Shown here: positions 19,399 to 28,969 of the stretch, piece after piece | Numbering within the stretch: position 1 is the stretch's first letter | Layout: the number at the start of each line of letters is the position of its first letter | Virus record (IMG/VR): IMGVR_UViG_2767802241_000002 | Coordinates: 77,281 to 141,280 of that record | DNA from: a virus | Taxonomy: Duplodnaviria > Caudoviricetes | Strand: one strand, 5' to 3' | Length of the DNA: 64,000 nucleotides | The notes under the pieces: model-generated | The model's input: only the letters and a program-made list of their open reading frames with translations | The model's database searches: none | Told to the model about the DNA's origin: nothing | Program-made: the position numbers and the translations under genes

Positions 19399-19786
19399 GA
19401 AGCTACTAATTTTGGATTTTATATTATTGAATTTGCAGATTAGTATTGGTTTAATTTTAAGTTTTTCAACGATAAAATATTTTTATATTGGTGAGGGCTA
19501 TATAGGCTACATATGGGCGGTAGTTATAATATGTAATATACTTTTTATAATATTTATGAAATTTCAGAAAGTGCTTACTCTAAAAAATTTTATTATTATT
19601 TCGCTGTCTGCAAGCTTGGTTGGATTTTTTACCCAAATATCAAATAAGCCAACTGCCAATATTTCATTAGAGAATTTTGTTTATATGTATATTGGAAGCA
19701 TATTTGTATTGTATTTGATTATAAGTAGTCCTATATCTTTGATTATTGAGTGTATTTATAAGAAAAGATTTTTAAAAGCGAGATGA
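19391..19786 (+). CDS. Putative membrane immunity protein (4 TM)
   Basis: Very hydrophobic, overlaps the effector stop, very AT-rich. Confidence 0.55.
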   Translation: MNKKLLILDFILLNLQISIGLILSFSTIKYFYIGEGYIGYIWAVVIICNILFIIFMKFQKVLTLKNFIIISLSASLVGFFTQISNKPTANISLENFVYMYIGSIFVLYLIISSPISLIIECIYKKRFLKAR

Positions 19787-19993
19787 CATTGTTATTTCTA
19801 TTCTAATAAATGATGGATTCTCATAAATTAAAATCAACAGAAGTTTTACGCTGACCTAATGTTGGTATTGCCGACATCAATTTACTCGGAAATTTGATAC
19901 TAAAACCTGAATTAAGGCTAAATCCCCAATTTGTCAACCAAGATTTATGGCTAAAAAGGGGATTTGTCAACTAAGTGAATTTGCCTTAAAGAG

Positions 19994-21007
19994 TTATTGG
20001 GCATCTAGCATATCTGCAATATCATCAATATCAGGGTTGTAGTAAGTATTGACTAACATTTTTATATTTCGATGACCGGTGACTTTTGCTAAAACCTCAA
20101 CAGGGAGTTTCTGATTATTCACAAATCTAGTAATTGCTTCGTGCCGGGTGTCGTGAAAGTGAAGATCACTAAGTCCTACTTTACTTTTCCTTCTTTCCCA
20201 CATTAAACGAAAAGCATTTTCTGATTGAGGGATAAGCCTTTCATTATCATGTTGAATTAGGCTGAGAAGAGCTAAAGCTTTTTTGGTCAGGGGCACATTT
20301 CTAGAGTCGCCATTTTTTGTTTCCGAAAGGTGAATATGCCGATCAAAAATATCAGTCATCTTAATATTTAGAATTTCCCCACGGCGCATAGCAGTTTCAA
20401 GTGCAAATAAAAATGCCCATGCAACATAATGCTCTGGATCACTAGGGATTTGATCAAATTGATAATTAAGAGCCTCTAAAATTTTCTTAATCTCATCATC
20501 TCTAATTCTGCGATTCCTTGCTTTGGGCTTGGTTGGTTTTTTTATCAGCAGCCAAGGGTTGGAATCAATTAGAAATAGCTCTTTCACGGCATATGAAAAA
20601 ACTGCACTATATAATGCTATTTCTCTTAATACGGTATTTGGTCCAACCACTTTTAATCTTGTGTTGCGCCAGTTTGTTAAATGGCGTGGCGTGATATCGT
20701 AAATGGACATGTTTGCCAACTCACCAAATTTATCCTCAAAAGATTTTAACTGCTCTTTGACATAGATCGCACCGCGTAGGCTTTTCCCTACATTTTCATA
20801 ATATTTATAAAATAGGGTTTTAAAAGGGTAGTGAGGTTTTATGTCAGATTCTTTATCAGAGAGTCTTGCCTTGCTTTCAAGAATTTTCTGAGCAGCCCAT
20901 TGTTCGCATTCTTTAATCGTGTCTCTGGTGCACGACAGTCTTTCACCATTGATCATGATCTTTATGCGGTACGAACTACCACGTTTTTCTGGCTTTGGAA
21001 TTTTCAT
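19994..21007 (-). CDS. int: Tyrosine integrase of element B
   Basis: TAMRRGE, HFHDTRH, TGH and YY catalytic motifs; paralog of 62981..64000. Confidence 0.95.
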   Translation of the reverse strand: MKIPKPEKRGSSYRIKIMINGERLSCTRDTIKECEQWAAQKILESKARLSDKESDIKPHYPFKTLFYKYYENVGKSLRGAIYVKEQLKSFEDKFGELANMSIYDITPRHLTNWRNTRLKVVGPNTVLREIALYSAVFSYAVKELFLIDSNPWLLIKKPTKPKARNRRIRDDEIKKILEALNYQFDQIPSDPEHYVAWAFLFALETAMRRGEILNIKMTDIFDRHIHLSETKNGDSRNVPLTKKALALLSLIQHDNERLIPQSENAFRLMWERRKSKVGLSDLHFHDTRHEAITRFVNNQKLPVEVLAKVTGHRNIKMLVNTYYNPDIDDIADMLDAQ

Positions 21008-21189
21008 AGATTACCCCCTGAAAAGCAGGATAACCTTGGGGCAATCTTGGGACAATTTATTCCCCAATTTCCCAATAAATTGGGGAAAACAAGGAAATTG
21101 AGGAAATAGGGTGATGTAATAGCAGGCATTAAAAAAGGCTCCAAGCTATTGATATAACTTGAAACCTTTTAGCCGTAAGGCTTTAAACT

Positions 21190-21234
21190 TGGTAGGCATA
21201 TCCAGATTTGAACTGGAGACCTCTACGATGTCAA
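21190..21234 (-). other. att site: 3' half of tRNA-Val(GAC)
   Basis: Minus strand reads TTGACATCGTAGAGGTCTCCAGTTCAAATCTGGATATGCCTACCA (anticodon loop to CCA); the 5' half is absent. Lies between int and xis. Confidence 0.85.
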
Positions 21235-21273
21235 GGAATGAGAATTGCAATTAAAACAATTACTTATGTTTAA

Positions 21274-21293
21274 TTGGCGTAATTTTGGCGTAA
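21274..21293. repeat. Direct repeat TTGGCGTAA x2, candidate integrase arm sites
   Basis: Tandem 9-mers next to att. A different set (TTGGGGCAAT/TTGGGACAAT) lies on the other side at 21036-21056. Confidence 0.55.
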
Positions 21294-21367
21294 ATGTGAA
21301 GTTATCCACAATATTATTTATTAGTTTGTAGTGTATTTTATCATATTAAAGATATTAAAAAAGAGAG

Positions 21368-21655
21368 CTAACTTGCTCTCTTTCTTCCTCGCTTAGATGA
21401 GGCTCCTTGAAGTATTCCAGAAGCCAGTTCTGGATCGTATAAAGCCTTTCCTATGGTCCCTTGATTAATAGATGATAGTTTTCGGCGAATAGTATCAACT
21501 GAGATATTATGCATCTTTGCTAACTGAGCCGCAGTAACTAACTCTTGTTTAGCTTTCTCTAGTTTAGTGACAGTCGCACCGCAGATATTCTGCCCCAACG
21601 TAATTTGTGGTGGAGTATTCGCCTCTAAAATAACAATATATTGTTGTACGCCCAT
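21368..21655 (-). CDS. Excisionase-like HTH protein
   Basis: 'VTAAQLAKMHNISVDTIRRKL' HTH; adjacent to att. Confidence 0.7.
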   Translation of the reverse strand: MGVQQYIVILEANTPPQITLGQNICGATVTKLEKAKQELVTAAQLAKMHNISVDTIRRKLSSINQGTIGKALYDPELASGILQGASSKRGRKRAS

Positions 21656-21798
21656 CACTCTCTCCACATCGCTTCTTTAAATTTCGATTCAGTTATTAAT
21701 TCTTCAATTTCATATAAATAAACATTATGAAATATATGGGTCATTTTGTTGCCGAACACAGTAAGTGTCCGGCTGATCGATGAATAGCTAAACTTCAT
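21655..21798 (-). CDS. Small hypothetical protein (47 aa)
   Basis: MKFSYSSISRTLTVFG...MWRE*; overlaps both neighbours; below the ORF-track cutoff. Confidence 0.55.
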   Translation of the reverse strand: MKFSYSSISRTLTVFGNKMTHIFHNVYLYEIEELITESKFKEAMWRE

Positions 21799-23062
21799 GT
21801 TCACGCTCCAGTGCTGCACGGCGTTTATAAACCTCAGCCATCAACTTCTTCTGCATATCCGGTGCTCTGGCACTGATATCTATTTCAAGTGCATCAAGTG
21901 CCGTGAGATCTGCTGCATTTTGAATATCACGCATAAGGCTTGGAGCTTCGGAACTTACTGACTGCTCGAACTGTGATAAACGTTTACTAATAGCAACCAA
22001 TAATGGTTTACGTTGCTCTTCGCTCCATGCAGTTGTATAGCGAACTGGCGCATTGGCTTCTGTCGGTGTTTGTGCATTTACTACATCAACAAGCAGATCA
22101 TCGAGTTTGATTTGATATTCGCGTTCGTCAAATGCATCCTCTAAATCTTTCAGAATGCTGTTGGTAAACATGCGGGATTGCGCAACAGAGTTCTTTAAGC
22201 GTTCCAGTTCATCTTTGCTTGATGCCTTTGCCACATCAGCTTTAATTTGCTTAGCAATGTTCAAAGGGTTTAATTCATCTGAAATTGAAGCCAGTACTTT
22301 CTTACGTTCATCGTATGTGGTCATTAACAAATGACCTTGTTCGCCGTGTAAATTACGAAGATCAGGCAGCAGGGCTTCTAGTTCTTCAACTGAAGTGGCT
22401 GCAGCAATACGTTCACGTAGAATCTTGATTTCATCTTTATTGTTGCTGAAATCAATCAAGTTATCCGTCTTAACAACGGTATCGCCGACAGCTGTGATGG
22501 TTACGGCATCAGGTTCAGCTGCCTTTAATGACTCAATGGCAGCATCGGTCGAGGTTGTATCTTGAGCATCACTAATTGCAGTTTGTGCCGCTTCCTTTTT
22601 AACTCTTGGTTTTCGAGTCTGCTTGGGTTTTTCGTCATCTAATCGGACAACAGGGCAGTCGCCAACCAGCTCGCGACCTAAAACCCTACTAAATGCCTGT
22701 AACTGCCGTTTAGCATTATCTTCATCTCGTTGCGCAAAACCGCTATTAATTGCTTTAACTAGCTTTGAGAAAGTAGCTTTATTAAACTCACTAATGTGAA
22801 TAGATGTATCATGCGTATTAACGATATAGATTTCCTGACCTTCAACAATTTCATCAAAGGTCAATGGCTTAGTGAAAGTAATACCAGCGATTTCAATTGT
22901 TTCAATCTTGATGCAAAATTCATAACCAGACTTGGCAAAAATGGTCGCAGGGAATTGGTCCAAATCATCAAATTCAAGCATTTCACCTGCAGCACGGCAA
23001 AGCACATGCTTGCCGGACATTACTGCGTTAAAAGCTTCTTGAGCAGAAATTAGATTGTTCAT
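21788..23062 (-). CDS. Phage early hypothetical protein with helical repeats
   Basis: 424 aa; repeated 'I..A.S.EEL' units; coupled to the upstream ATPase. Confidence 0.75.
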   Translation of the reverse strand: MNNLISAQEAFNAVMSGKHVLCRAAGEMLEFDDLDQFPATIFAKSGYEFCIKIETIEIAGITFTKPLTFDEIVEGQEIYIVNTHDTSIHISEFNKATFSKLVKAINSGFAQRDEDNAKRQLQAFSRVLGRELVGDCPVVRLDDEKPKQTRKPRVKKEAAQTAISDAQDTTSTDAAIESLKAAEPDAVTITAVGDTVVKTDNLIDFSNNKDEIKILRERIAAATSVEELEALLPDLRNLHGEQGHLLMTTYDERKKVLASISDELNPLNIAKQIKADVAKASSKDELERLKNSVAQSRMFTNSILKDLEDAFDEREYQIKLDDLLVDVVNAQTPTEANAPVRYTTAWSEEQRKPLLVAISKRLSQFEQSVSSEAPSLMRDIQNAADLTALDALEIDISARAPDMQKKLMAEVYKRRAALEREHEV

Positions 23063-24168
23063 GCCACATTTACCTCGCGTGCATATTTTTCAATATCAGC
23101 TATAACTTCAGATAGGCGTGATGGGTGGATCTGCATCAGTGAATCAATTCCCAAGTATTCGCATGTTGATTTAACATCAAGACCGCGTGATGCAATTAGC
23201 TGTTGCAACTCGTTACGCTGCTCAACTGTCATTGCTTCCGTTTCATTTGCAGGTTGGTAATTCTGCTGGTGTAACTGAGCCTCATGCTCTCGATTAGCTT
23301 GCTCTCTTTTTTGAATAATAGAGATTAGGCTGTTGCGAGTTTCTTCGAATTTCTGCTGCTGTAGGTCTAGCAAGCTGTTCATTTGGCGCTTAGCGCAATA
23401 ATTATCAATATTCACACCGGCTTGAATCATTAGGTTTTCAATTTCTAGGTATTGATCGCCGTTTATTGTTGCGTCGGCAGATCCTGACTCAAGCCATTGC
23501 TTTAAGCGGATGCCAGTTTGCTCTGTAATTTGTTCTGGTTGAACGAATAGTCCGGTACGATCTTTTGTTGCATTTGCATAGTAGTCGCCGTGAGTAATAT
23601 CTAGAACGGTAGTGAACTCATATTCGATACCATCACGTTGCTCTGATTTGAGTCCAAGCTTTTCAACTTTCTTTTTACCGTTGGTATCATTGGTTTGCAC
23701 GGTGTCCATTTTGCTGCGCATAGTGACAATGATGTTGATACTTGAGTGCAGCATTGCATCAATAAATTTACGATGGCGCGGAGTAACCTCACTCCATGCA
23801 CCCCACGTATTACCTTTAAACTTTCCTTTGCCAAGTGCATCTACGATTTCTAAACAACCGCCAACACCCGACCATTCATGTGTAATACTGTCTAAAATAA
23901 CAGTTGAATATCCAGCGTGTTCAGCAGCTTGAATTGCGGAAATAAACTTCTCTGGTGAATAAGGTGGTTGAATATTTGCTGTATCGAACTCAACAACATC
24001 GGCATAAAGTTCAGCACTACTATTTTCTGTATCTACTACAGCAATCTTACCCCCAATGCCTTTAGCAATGAGTAGTGCACCCATTGTTTTACCTGAACCA
24101 GTAGGGCCAGAGAGTGCGAGGCGCAATTTAGCGTTTTTACGTTCTGCTTTTTTGAAAAATACTGACAT
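23059..24168 (-). CDS. Sak4-like AAA ATPase recombination protein
   Basis: GPTGSGKT, VVDTE, ILDSITHEW and EYEF motifs. Confidence 0.85.
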   Translation of the reverse strand: MSVFFKKAERKNAKLRLALSGPTGSGKTMGALLIAKGIGGKIAVVDTENSSAELYADVVEFDTANIQPPYSPEKFISAIQAAEHAGYSTVILDSITHEWSGVGGCLEIVDALGKGKFKGNTWGAWSEVTPRHRKFIDAMLHSSINIIVTMRSKMDTVQTNDTNGKKKVEKLGLKSEQRDGIEYEFTTVLDITHGDYYANATKDRTGLFVQPEQITEQTGIRLKQWLESGSADATINGDQYLEIENLMIQAGVNIDNYCAKRQMNSLLDLQQQKFEETRNSLISIIQKREQANREHEAQLHQQNYQPANETEAMTVEQRNELQQLIASRGLDVKSTCEYLGIDSLMQIHPSRLSEVIADIEKYAREVNVA

Positions 24169-24629
24169 TACGCATCCTCCCCAAGACGGTTTTTCATCAT
24201 GTAACCAGCTATCAAAGCATTGATATTGCGGTGATCGTTGTAGTCAGTGAAATCGCTGAACTGGTTGCCATCGCGTGTGGTTACTGTATTCACGCTAAGC
24301 TGGGTCACATCGATAGCAGTGAACTCAGAACCTGGTACGCCGTAACTGTCTGGAATAGCTTCAAAGTCGAAAGACACATTCAAAGCAAAGTCATCGAGCA
24401 GAATATTCGCCGTGCCAGAGTTGTCACCAGTTAAGACAAGGGACTGCAATTCGTAGGTAGAAGGAATCGCAGCAGGGGAAGCCACTGGAGCCACGGCGTC
24501 GGATTTAACGGTACTAAAGCCGACAGCACCCAATGCGCTACATAGAACAAGCGCGCTAAATGGTCGACGGCGTACAAGAGTTGTAACACCCGATAAACCG
24601 GGATTGAAAGAAATGGGTTTTGCGTTCAT
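24168..24629 (-). CDS. Phage hypothetical protein
   Basis: First gene of the leftward operon; hydrophobic N-terminal segment. Confidence 0.65.
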   Translation of the reverse strand: MNAKPISFNPGLSGVTTLVRRRPFSALVLCSALGAVGFSTVKSDAVAPVASPAAIPSTYELQSLVLTGDNSGTANILLDDFALNVSFDFEAIPDSYGVPGSEFTAIDVTQLSVNTVTTRDGNQFSDFTDYNDHRNINALIAGYMMKNRLGEDA

Positions 24630-24701
24630 AATCCACCTGTTGTTGTGAAAAGCCCCGCGTCCGTCCAAAGAGTGGGGCTTTTTGTTGTTTGATGGGCTTA
24701 T

Positions 24702-24752
24702 TATTCACTATTGAATAGGATTATTCAATATTAAATAATTCATTAGTGAATT
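24702..24752. promoter_or_regulatory. OL operators (three 16-bp WATTCA-N4-TGAATW-like sites)
   Basis: TATTCACTATTGAATA 24702-17, TATTCAATATTAAATA 24722-37, AATTCATTAGTGAATT 24737-52; they match the cI-cro intergenic sites. Confidence 0.8.
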
Positions 24753-24847
24753 ATTTGTCTATTTATTGATCTTTTTTTATTCTTGGATAAATAAAAACCC
24801 ACTGCAAGAGTGGGTGTTGAGGTATAAAAATATATTTTTAATAGACT

Positions 24848-26014
24848 TTACGAAGAGCTGCGTTTAAAATTTTCGTCATTCATACAATATTCTAAAGAAT
24901 CCCTTAATATGCCAACTGCACGATAGATATATTCAGGTTTATCTAAAAATATGGAGCCATTGGCTTGAACCTCAAGTCCAGCCCGATCTAGCTCAGAACG
25001 CTTAATCTGATCTATAGGTATATTAAAATGTATTGTTGGTCGTTTTCTATTCACATCGTATCTAAAAAGCCATCGATTATTTTTGCCTTGATATAGCATT
25101 GAAAAATAGCTTTCTGTATCTTTTGCAACCAGATCCACATCGGGGAAAAGTTCGGTGACGATTTTTTGCAAATCTAATTCATCCTTAGTTGTGATGATTT
25201 TATCATTATCAGGATTTACAATATAATCCACATGATCAACAACATTGGAGTCTGTTTCATCTACTTGCTGTTTTTGTTCAATTGGTTGAGCTGTAATAAT
25301 CGTCGGGGAAGATAATCCCTTAACAACAGTATCACTAATTACTTGTTGCACAGCTTGCTTAACAAATGGCTGAATGGATTCTAAAAACTTAGTATTAAGT
25401 TGGCGAGGAATGCTGGCTTGTTGGGCAACATAACGTACAAAATCTATATCAGCCTCATTAATACATTTTCTAATAACAGCTTTAAATTGTTGGATATATT
25501 GGTTTTCTTCTGCAAAAAAACGTAACTTTTCTGCATGAAAGTTATCATGTCTAAATTCTGCTAGCTGTATTAAATCTTCTGGTCTCGACTTAGTGAAATC
25601 GATAGTTAAAAATGGTTTCTCGTCCATTACATTTGTATTAATTAAATCGGTAAAGAATCTCCATTCTCGCCCATTAGTAATAGCCCCAATAGTTACACCA
25701 AGACTACTATTAAAATATCTAGACAGTTGAGGTGCGTGATTAGTTAAATCAGCAGAATAGGATTTTGCCTCAATAAACATAACAGGTTGATTGTTACAAT
25801 ATAGAGCATAATCAACCCTTTCTGTAGCTTTAACTCCAGGAAAGTCTGCTGCAAATTCTGCTAAAACTTTGGTTGGGTCATAAGGGCTAAACCCCAATAT
25901 ATCAAGAAGTGGCAAGATTAAAGCTTGCTTAGTAGTTTCCTCTGTAGTGCAGTGTGTACCAACTTTTTTAACATGCTCAATATGATTCTTTAATCTTTCG
26001 ACAAAATTATCCAT
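24848..26014 (-). CDS. HsdR N-terminal-like PD-(D/E)XK nuclease protein
   Basis: 'EETTKQALILPLL..LG', 'VDYAL...FIEAK', 'QLSRY', 'TNG.EWRFF'. Confidence 0.8.
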   Translation of the reverse strand: MDNFVERLKNHIEHVKKVGTHCTTEETTKQALILPLLDILGFSPYDPTKVLAEFAADFPGVKATERVDYALYCNNQPVMFIEAKSYSADLTNHAPQLSRYFNSSLGVTIGAITNGREWRFFTDLINTNVMDEKPFLTIDFTKSRPEDLIQLAEFRHDNFHAEKLRFFAEENQYIQQFKAVIRKCINEADIDFVRYVAQQASIPRQLNTKFLESIQPFVKQAVQQVISDTVVKGLSSPTIITAQPIEQKQQVDETDSNVVDHVDYIVNPDNDKIITTKDELDLQKIVTELFPDVDLVAKDTESYFSMLYQGKNNRWLFRYDVNRKRPTIHFNIPIDQIKRSELDRAGLEVQANGSIFLDKPEYIYRAVGILRDSLEYCMNDENFKRSSS

Positions 26015-26153
26015 TTTTACCCCAAATAAATTAACAGTTAAGATTTCACTATATTTGTTTTGCTGAACGACTTAATGTGGTTTCCAGACAAATATTAGTT
26101 TCAGTTTTGCAATTACTCAACAATAAGAGCTTGCTTGTATTTAATGCATGCTT

Positions 26154-26870
26154 TTACCATTTCTCTATTCTAGCAATCTGCCAAACCCAGCCAATAACCT
26201 CAAACTGCTGGCTTGCAATTTCATTGGCTGTTAGTGTGATCTCTGGGAATTCGGCATCATTATCAGAAACAATTCGAACCCCACCAAAAGGCAGGTTGTA
26301 TAGGCGTTTGGCATAGTGAAGCCCACCAATGCATACTGCGAAAATCTTGCCATCTTTAATAGTTTTGCGTCCCAGATCAACATGAATCGTATCGCCATCA
26401 CTAATAGTTGGGCTCATTGAATCGCCTGAGGCTGTTGCAGCTACAGCATTTTCTTTTGTGATGGATAGATTTCTTAGAGTTGCTTTAGGTATTCTTAATT
26501 TGCGTGTTTCGTTTGCAATATATTCGTTAATACACCCAGAACCACATGCAAAGGAAAAATCCTTAAAGAAGGGAATCTCTACCTCATCATCATCCAAAGG
26601 TGTTGTTTCATCCCAAGATTCTACACGAACAAATTCTTTTTGCTTGCCGCCTGTTTTTTCAAGTAATTGAATATCAATATCAAGTAAATCACCAGGCGTA
26701 TATCCAGACCAAGCTGAAAGAGCTTCTAGTGTGCTTCTTCTTGGGTTTTCCGTAAGACCTTGTTGAATCCGAAAGACTGTAGCTTGAGGAATATTATGCT
26801 CTTTACTCAACTCATTCGGATTGGTCTTATGTTTTTCTAGCAAGTACTCAATATTGGATTTAAGAAACAT
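26154..26870 (-). CDS. cI: CI-like repressor (HTH + S24 peptidase)
   Basis: N-terminal HTH, ACGSG cleavage region, GDSMSP, KRL and VSDN motifs. Confidence 0.9.
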   Translation of the reverse strand: MFLKSNIEYLLEKHKTNPNELSKEHNIPQATVFRIQQGLTENPRRSTLEALSAWSGYTPGDLLDIDIQLLEKTGGKQKEFVRVESWDETTPLDDDEVEIPFFKDFSFACGSGCINEYIANETRKLRIPKATLRNLSITKENAVAATASGDSMSPTISDGDTIHVDLGRKTIKDGKIFAVCIGGLHYAKRLYNLPFGGVRIVSDNDAEFPEITLTANEIASQQFEVIGWVWQIARIEKW

Positions 26871-26901
26871 AAAGCAAGAACTCCAAATCAATAATTCATT
26901 T

Positions 26902-26973
26902 TATTCAAAAAAGAATATTTCATAAAGATATAATTCACTTATGCATTGACTTCTATTCACTAATGAATAAAAT
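26902..26973. promoter_or_regulatory. OR operators and PR promoter
   Basis: Sites at 26902-17, 26932-47 and 26954-69; TTGACT (26946)-N16-TAAAAT. Confidence 0.75.
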
Positions 26974-26993
26974 AGGTGTAAAGGAGGAATCTT

Positions 26994-27203
26994 ATGAATA
27001 TTCAAGAAAAAATTTTGTTTTTAAGAGGTCGGGGATTAACCCAGTCTCAGATCTGTGCATTCACAGGAATTTCCCAAAGCTCAGTTTCTAAAATAGAAAA
27101 TGGTGAGCAATCTGATGTGACATACCGAAAAGGCATTGCTCTAGATATTCTTGTCAGTAGTGAACAAACAAAAAACCAAAGTGATAGCAAATTAATTGCA
27201 TAG
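26994..27203 (+). CDS. cro: Cro-like HTH protein
   Basis: 'LTQSQI...GISQSSVSKIENG'; divergent from cI. Confidence 0.85.
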   Translation: MNIQEKILFLRGRGLTQSQICAFTGISQSSVSKIENGEQSDVTYRKGIALDILVSSEQTKNQSDSKLIA

Positions 27204-27212
27204 GAGAATCCA

Positions 27213-27497
27213 ATGCCTAAATCTACTGGTCGCTTCCGACCAAAAAGAAATGAAAAGAAAACTATCTGCATGTCAACACACTTGGATGATGAGGTTGCAG
27301 AGCATATTGCTACTAAGGCGTATGAGCGTGAATGGTCAAATAGCCAGTATTTAAGATGGTTAGCCATACAAGATAAGAAGCGTTGTGAAGATGACGATGA
27401 TCTTACGGCGTATGTATCTGGTACACCAAGAGAACAGATAAATCCGTTCAGACGAACTGAACTTTGCGAACACTGCGAACGGAAATTGGACAAATAA
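27213..27497 (+). CDS. Small regulator in CII position (RHH-like)
   Basis: Follows cro; beta-helix-helix pattern. Confidence 0.55.
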   Translation: MPKSTGRFRPKRNEKKTICMSTHLDDEVAEHIATKAYEREWSNSQYLRWLAIQDKKRCEDDDDLTAYVSGTPREQINPFRRTELCEHCERKLDK

Positions 27498-27555
27498 AAA
27501 CCGCTTCCAGCGGGAACTGGAAAGCGGTCAGTAACTTAAATCGTGAGATTCAAAT

Positions 27556-27816
27556 ATGAAATCAAATATATCAAAACCATCCGTAGCAAGCAATGACACG
27601 GCGACAGATTACATTGTTGGTGATGTGGTTGTTTATGAGGATGGGATTATCGGCTTATCCTCTCTTCAAACAATTGAAGCTTACCAGCCAGATGATCATT
27701 ACTGGCTTGCAGGTGGTCAGTTAGTTCATGCAACCCACATCCGCCACGCGACCACGGCTGAAATTACCGCACGGCGCCGTTTAGACATTTCAACAAATGG
27801 GGTGTTGATCGCATGA
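27556..27816 (+). CDS. Phage hypothetical protein
   Basis: 'VGD.VV...R.AT..EI.A.RRL', shared with 30912..31130. Confidence 0.65.
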   Translation: MKSNISKPSVASNDTATDYIVGDVVVYEDGIIGLSSLQTIEAYQPDDHYWLAGGQLVHATHIRHATTAEITARRRLDISTNGVLIA

Positions 27817-28112
27817 ATACACAATTTCAAGCACCGTCGGTGGACCACTGGCAACAGCAGAATATCCAATCTTTCCATGAGCCAGCATTAAGAATGCTGA
27901 ATGACATGCTGGAGCGCAAGAAAGAAAATCTTAGACGCCGTGGTTATAACGAAAACAATGCTGCAGTGACGAAAGAGGAGTTAGCACGTTCGATGGAGCG
28001 TTATTTTCGTATTGCCAATTTTTTAGCGCAGCGGATTGTTAAAAGCATGGTGAATGCCGGGGTTGTTGAATCATTTGGTAGCTATGTAAAGCCCAAGGTG
28101 GTGCGGGTATGA
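27813..28112 (+). CDS. Phage hypothetical protein (winged-helix-like)
   Basis: ATGA overlaps on both sides. Confidence 0.65.
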   Translation: MNTQFQAPSVDHWQQQNIQSFHEPALRMLNDMLERKKENLRRRGYNENNAAVTKEELARSMERYFRIANFLAQRIVKSMVNAGVVESFGSYVKPKVVRV

Positions 28113-28969
28113 GCCACTATGCAACGCTAGCTAGCTTGGGGAGAGCGATCGCTTACTTCCCCCAGCTTGGCATTTATTTAGGTAATCCATTGGCAGGTAT
28201 TTTCTTAAGCCAGTTAATTTATTGGCATGATAAAACTGAGAATGAACTTGGGGTTTATAAGACTTCAGAGGAGTGGACAGAGGAAACAGGACTGTCTTAC
28301 AGACAGCAGGCAACAGCACGCACATTGCTCAAAAAATTAGGTCTTATAACTGAAACTGAAAAACGTTTAGAACATAAATTGTACTTCAAACTCAACATAA
28401 ATAAGTTTGATCTGTGGTTTGAAAACTGTACTAATTTTAAGCGAATTGGCGAACAACAAAAATGTAATTCGCGAGATGCGGATAGTGAAACTCCCGAACG
28501 ACGAAAACGCAATTCGGGGGAATACGAAAGCGCAGTTCGGGGGGATACGGATGCGCAATTCGTTATACACAAGATTACTACAGAGAATACTTCAAATATA
28601 TCTCTCTTAGCGAATGAGCAAAATTCGACTGAGTCAGATTCGCGTTTTGCAATAGATTTAACCACTGCGAATACAAGATTAAAAATGCGAGGTTTGCAAG
28701 AAATCACTCAGGCTGAGCTCAGTGAGCTTTTGGATGCGATGTATTTGGAATATGGGCATCGTGGTGAGATGGTAAAAAACCAAGTACTAGGGAAGTTGGT
28801 GCAATGGGTAGATCGTAAGCAAAACACACCTCTGATTACTGGGACTAGGAAAAGCCAAACATCACGATCAACAGGCGCATTGAACCGCAATGTCAATGAT
28901 GCATGGGCTAATCAACCACGGTATCAAGGACCAGTTGAGCACACTGAAATACCGGAGGATTTTATCTGA
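28109..28969 (+). CDS. Replication initiator
   Basis: 'LSQLIYW...YKT.EEW.EETGLS' wHTH; precedes the DnaC-like gene; contains internal repeats. Confidence 0.8.
   Translation: MSHYATLASLGRAIAYFPQLGIYLGNPLAGIFLSQLIYWHDKTENELGVYKTSEEWTEETGLSYRQQATARTLLKKLGLITETEKRLEHKLYFKLNINKFDLWFENCTNFKRIGEQQKCNSRDADSETPERRKRNSGEYESAVRGDTDAQFVIHKITTENTSNISLLANEQNSTESDSRFAIDLTTANTRLKMRGLQEITQAELSELLDAMYLEYGHRGEMVKNQVLGKLVQWVDRKQNTPLITGTRKSQTSRSTGALNRNVNDAWANQPRYQGPVEHTEIPEDFI
28459..28562 (+). repeat. Iteron-like repeats (phage origin)
   Basis: Four imperfect copies: AAATGTAATTCG, AAACGCAATTCG, AAGCGCAGTTCG, ATGCGCAATTCG. Confidence 0.6.

Larger units (their letters stand above)
18060..21234. mobile_element. 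Prophage remnant B (spanin stub, PAAR cassette, integrase)
   Basis: Same end architecture as prophage C (Rz-cargo-int-att), but everything upstream of mid-Rz is missing. Confidence 0.75.

Noticed and set aside
21190-21234. Functional tRNA-Val gene
   Set aside because: Only the anticodon loop to CCA is present; there is no D arm or 5' acceptor strand.
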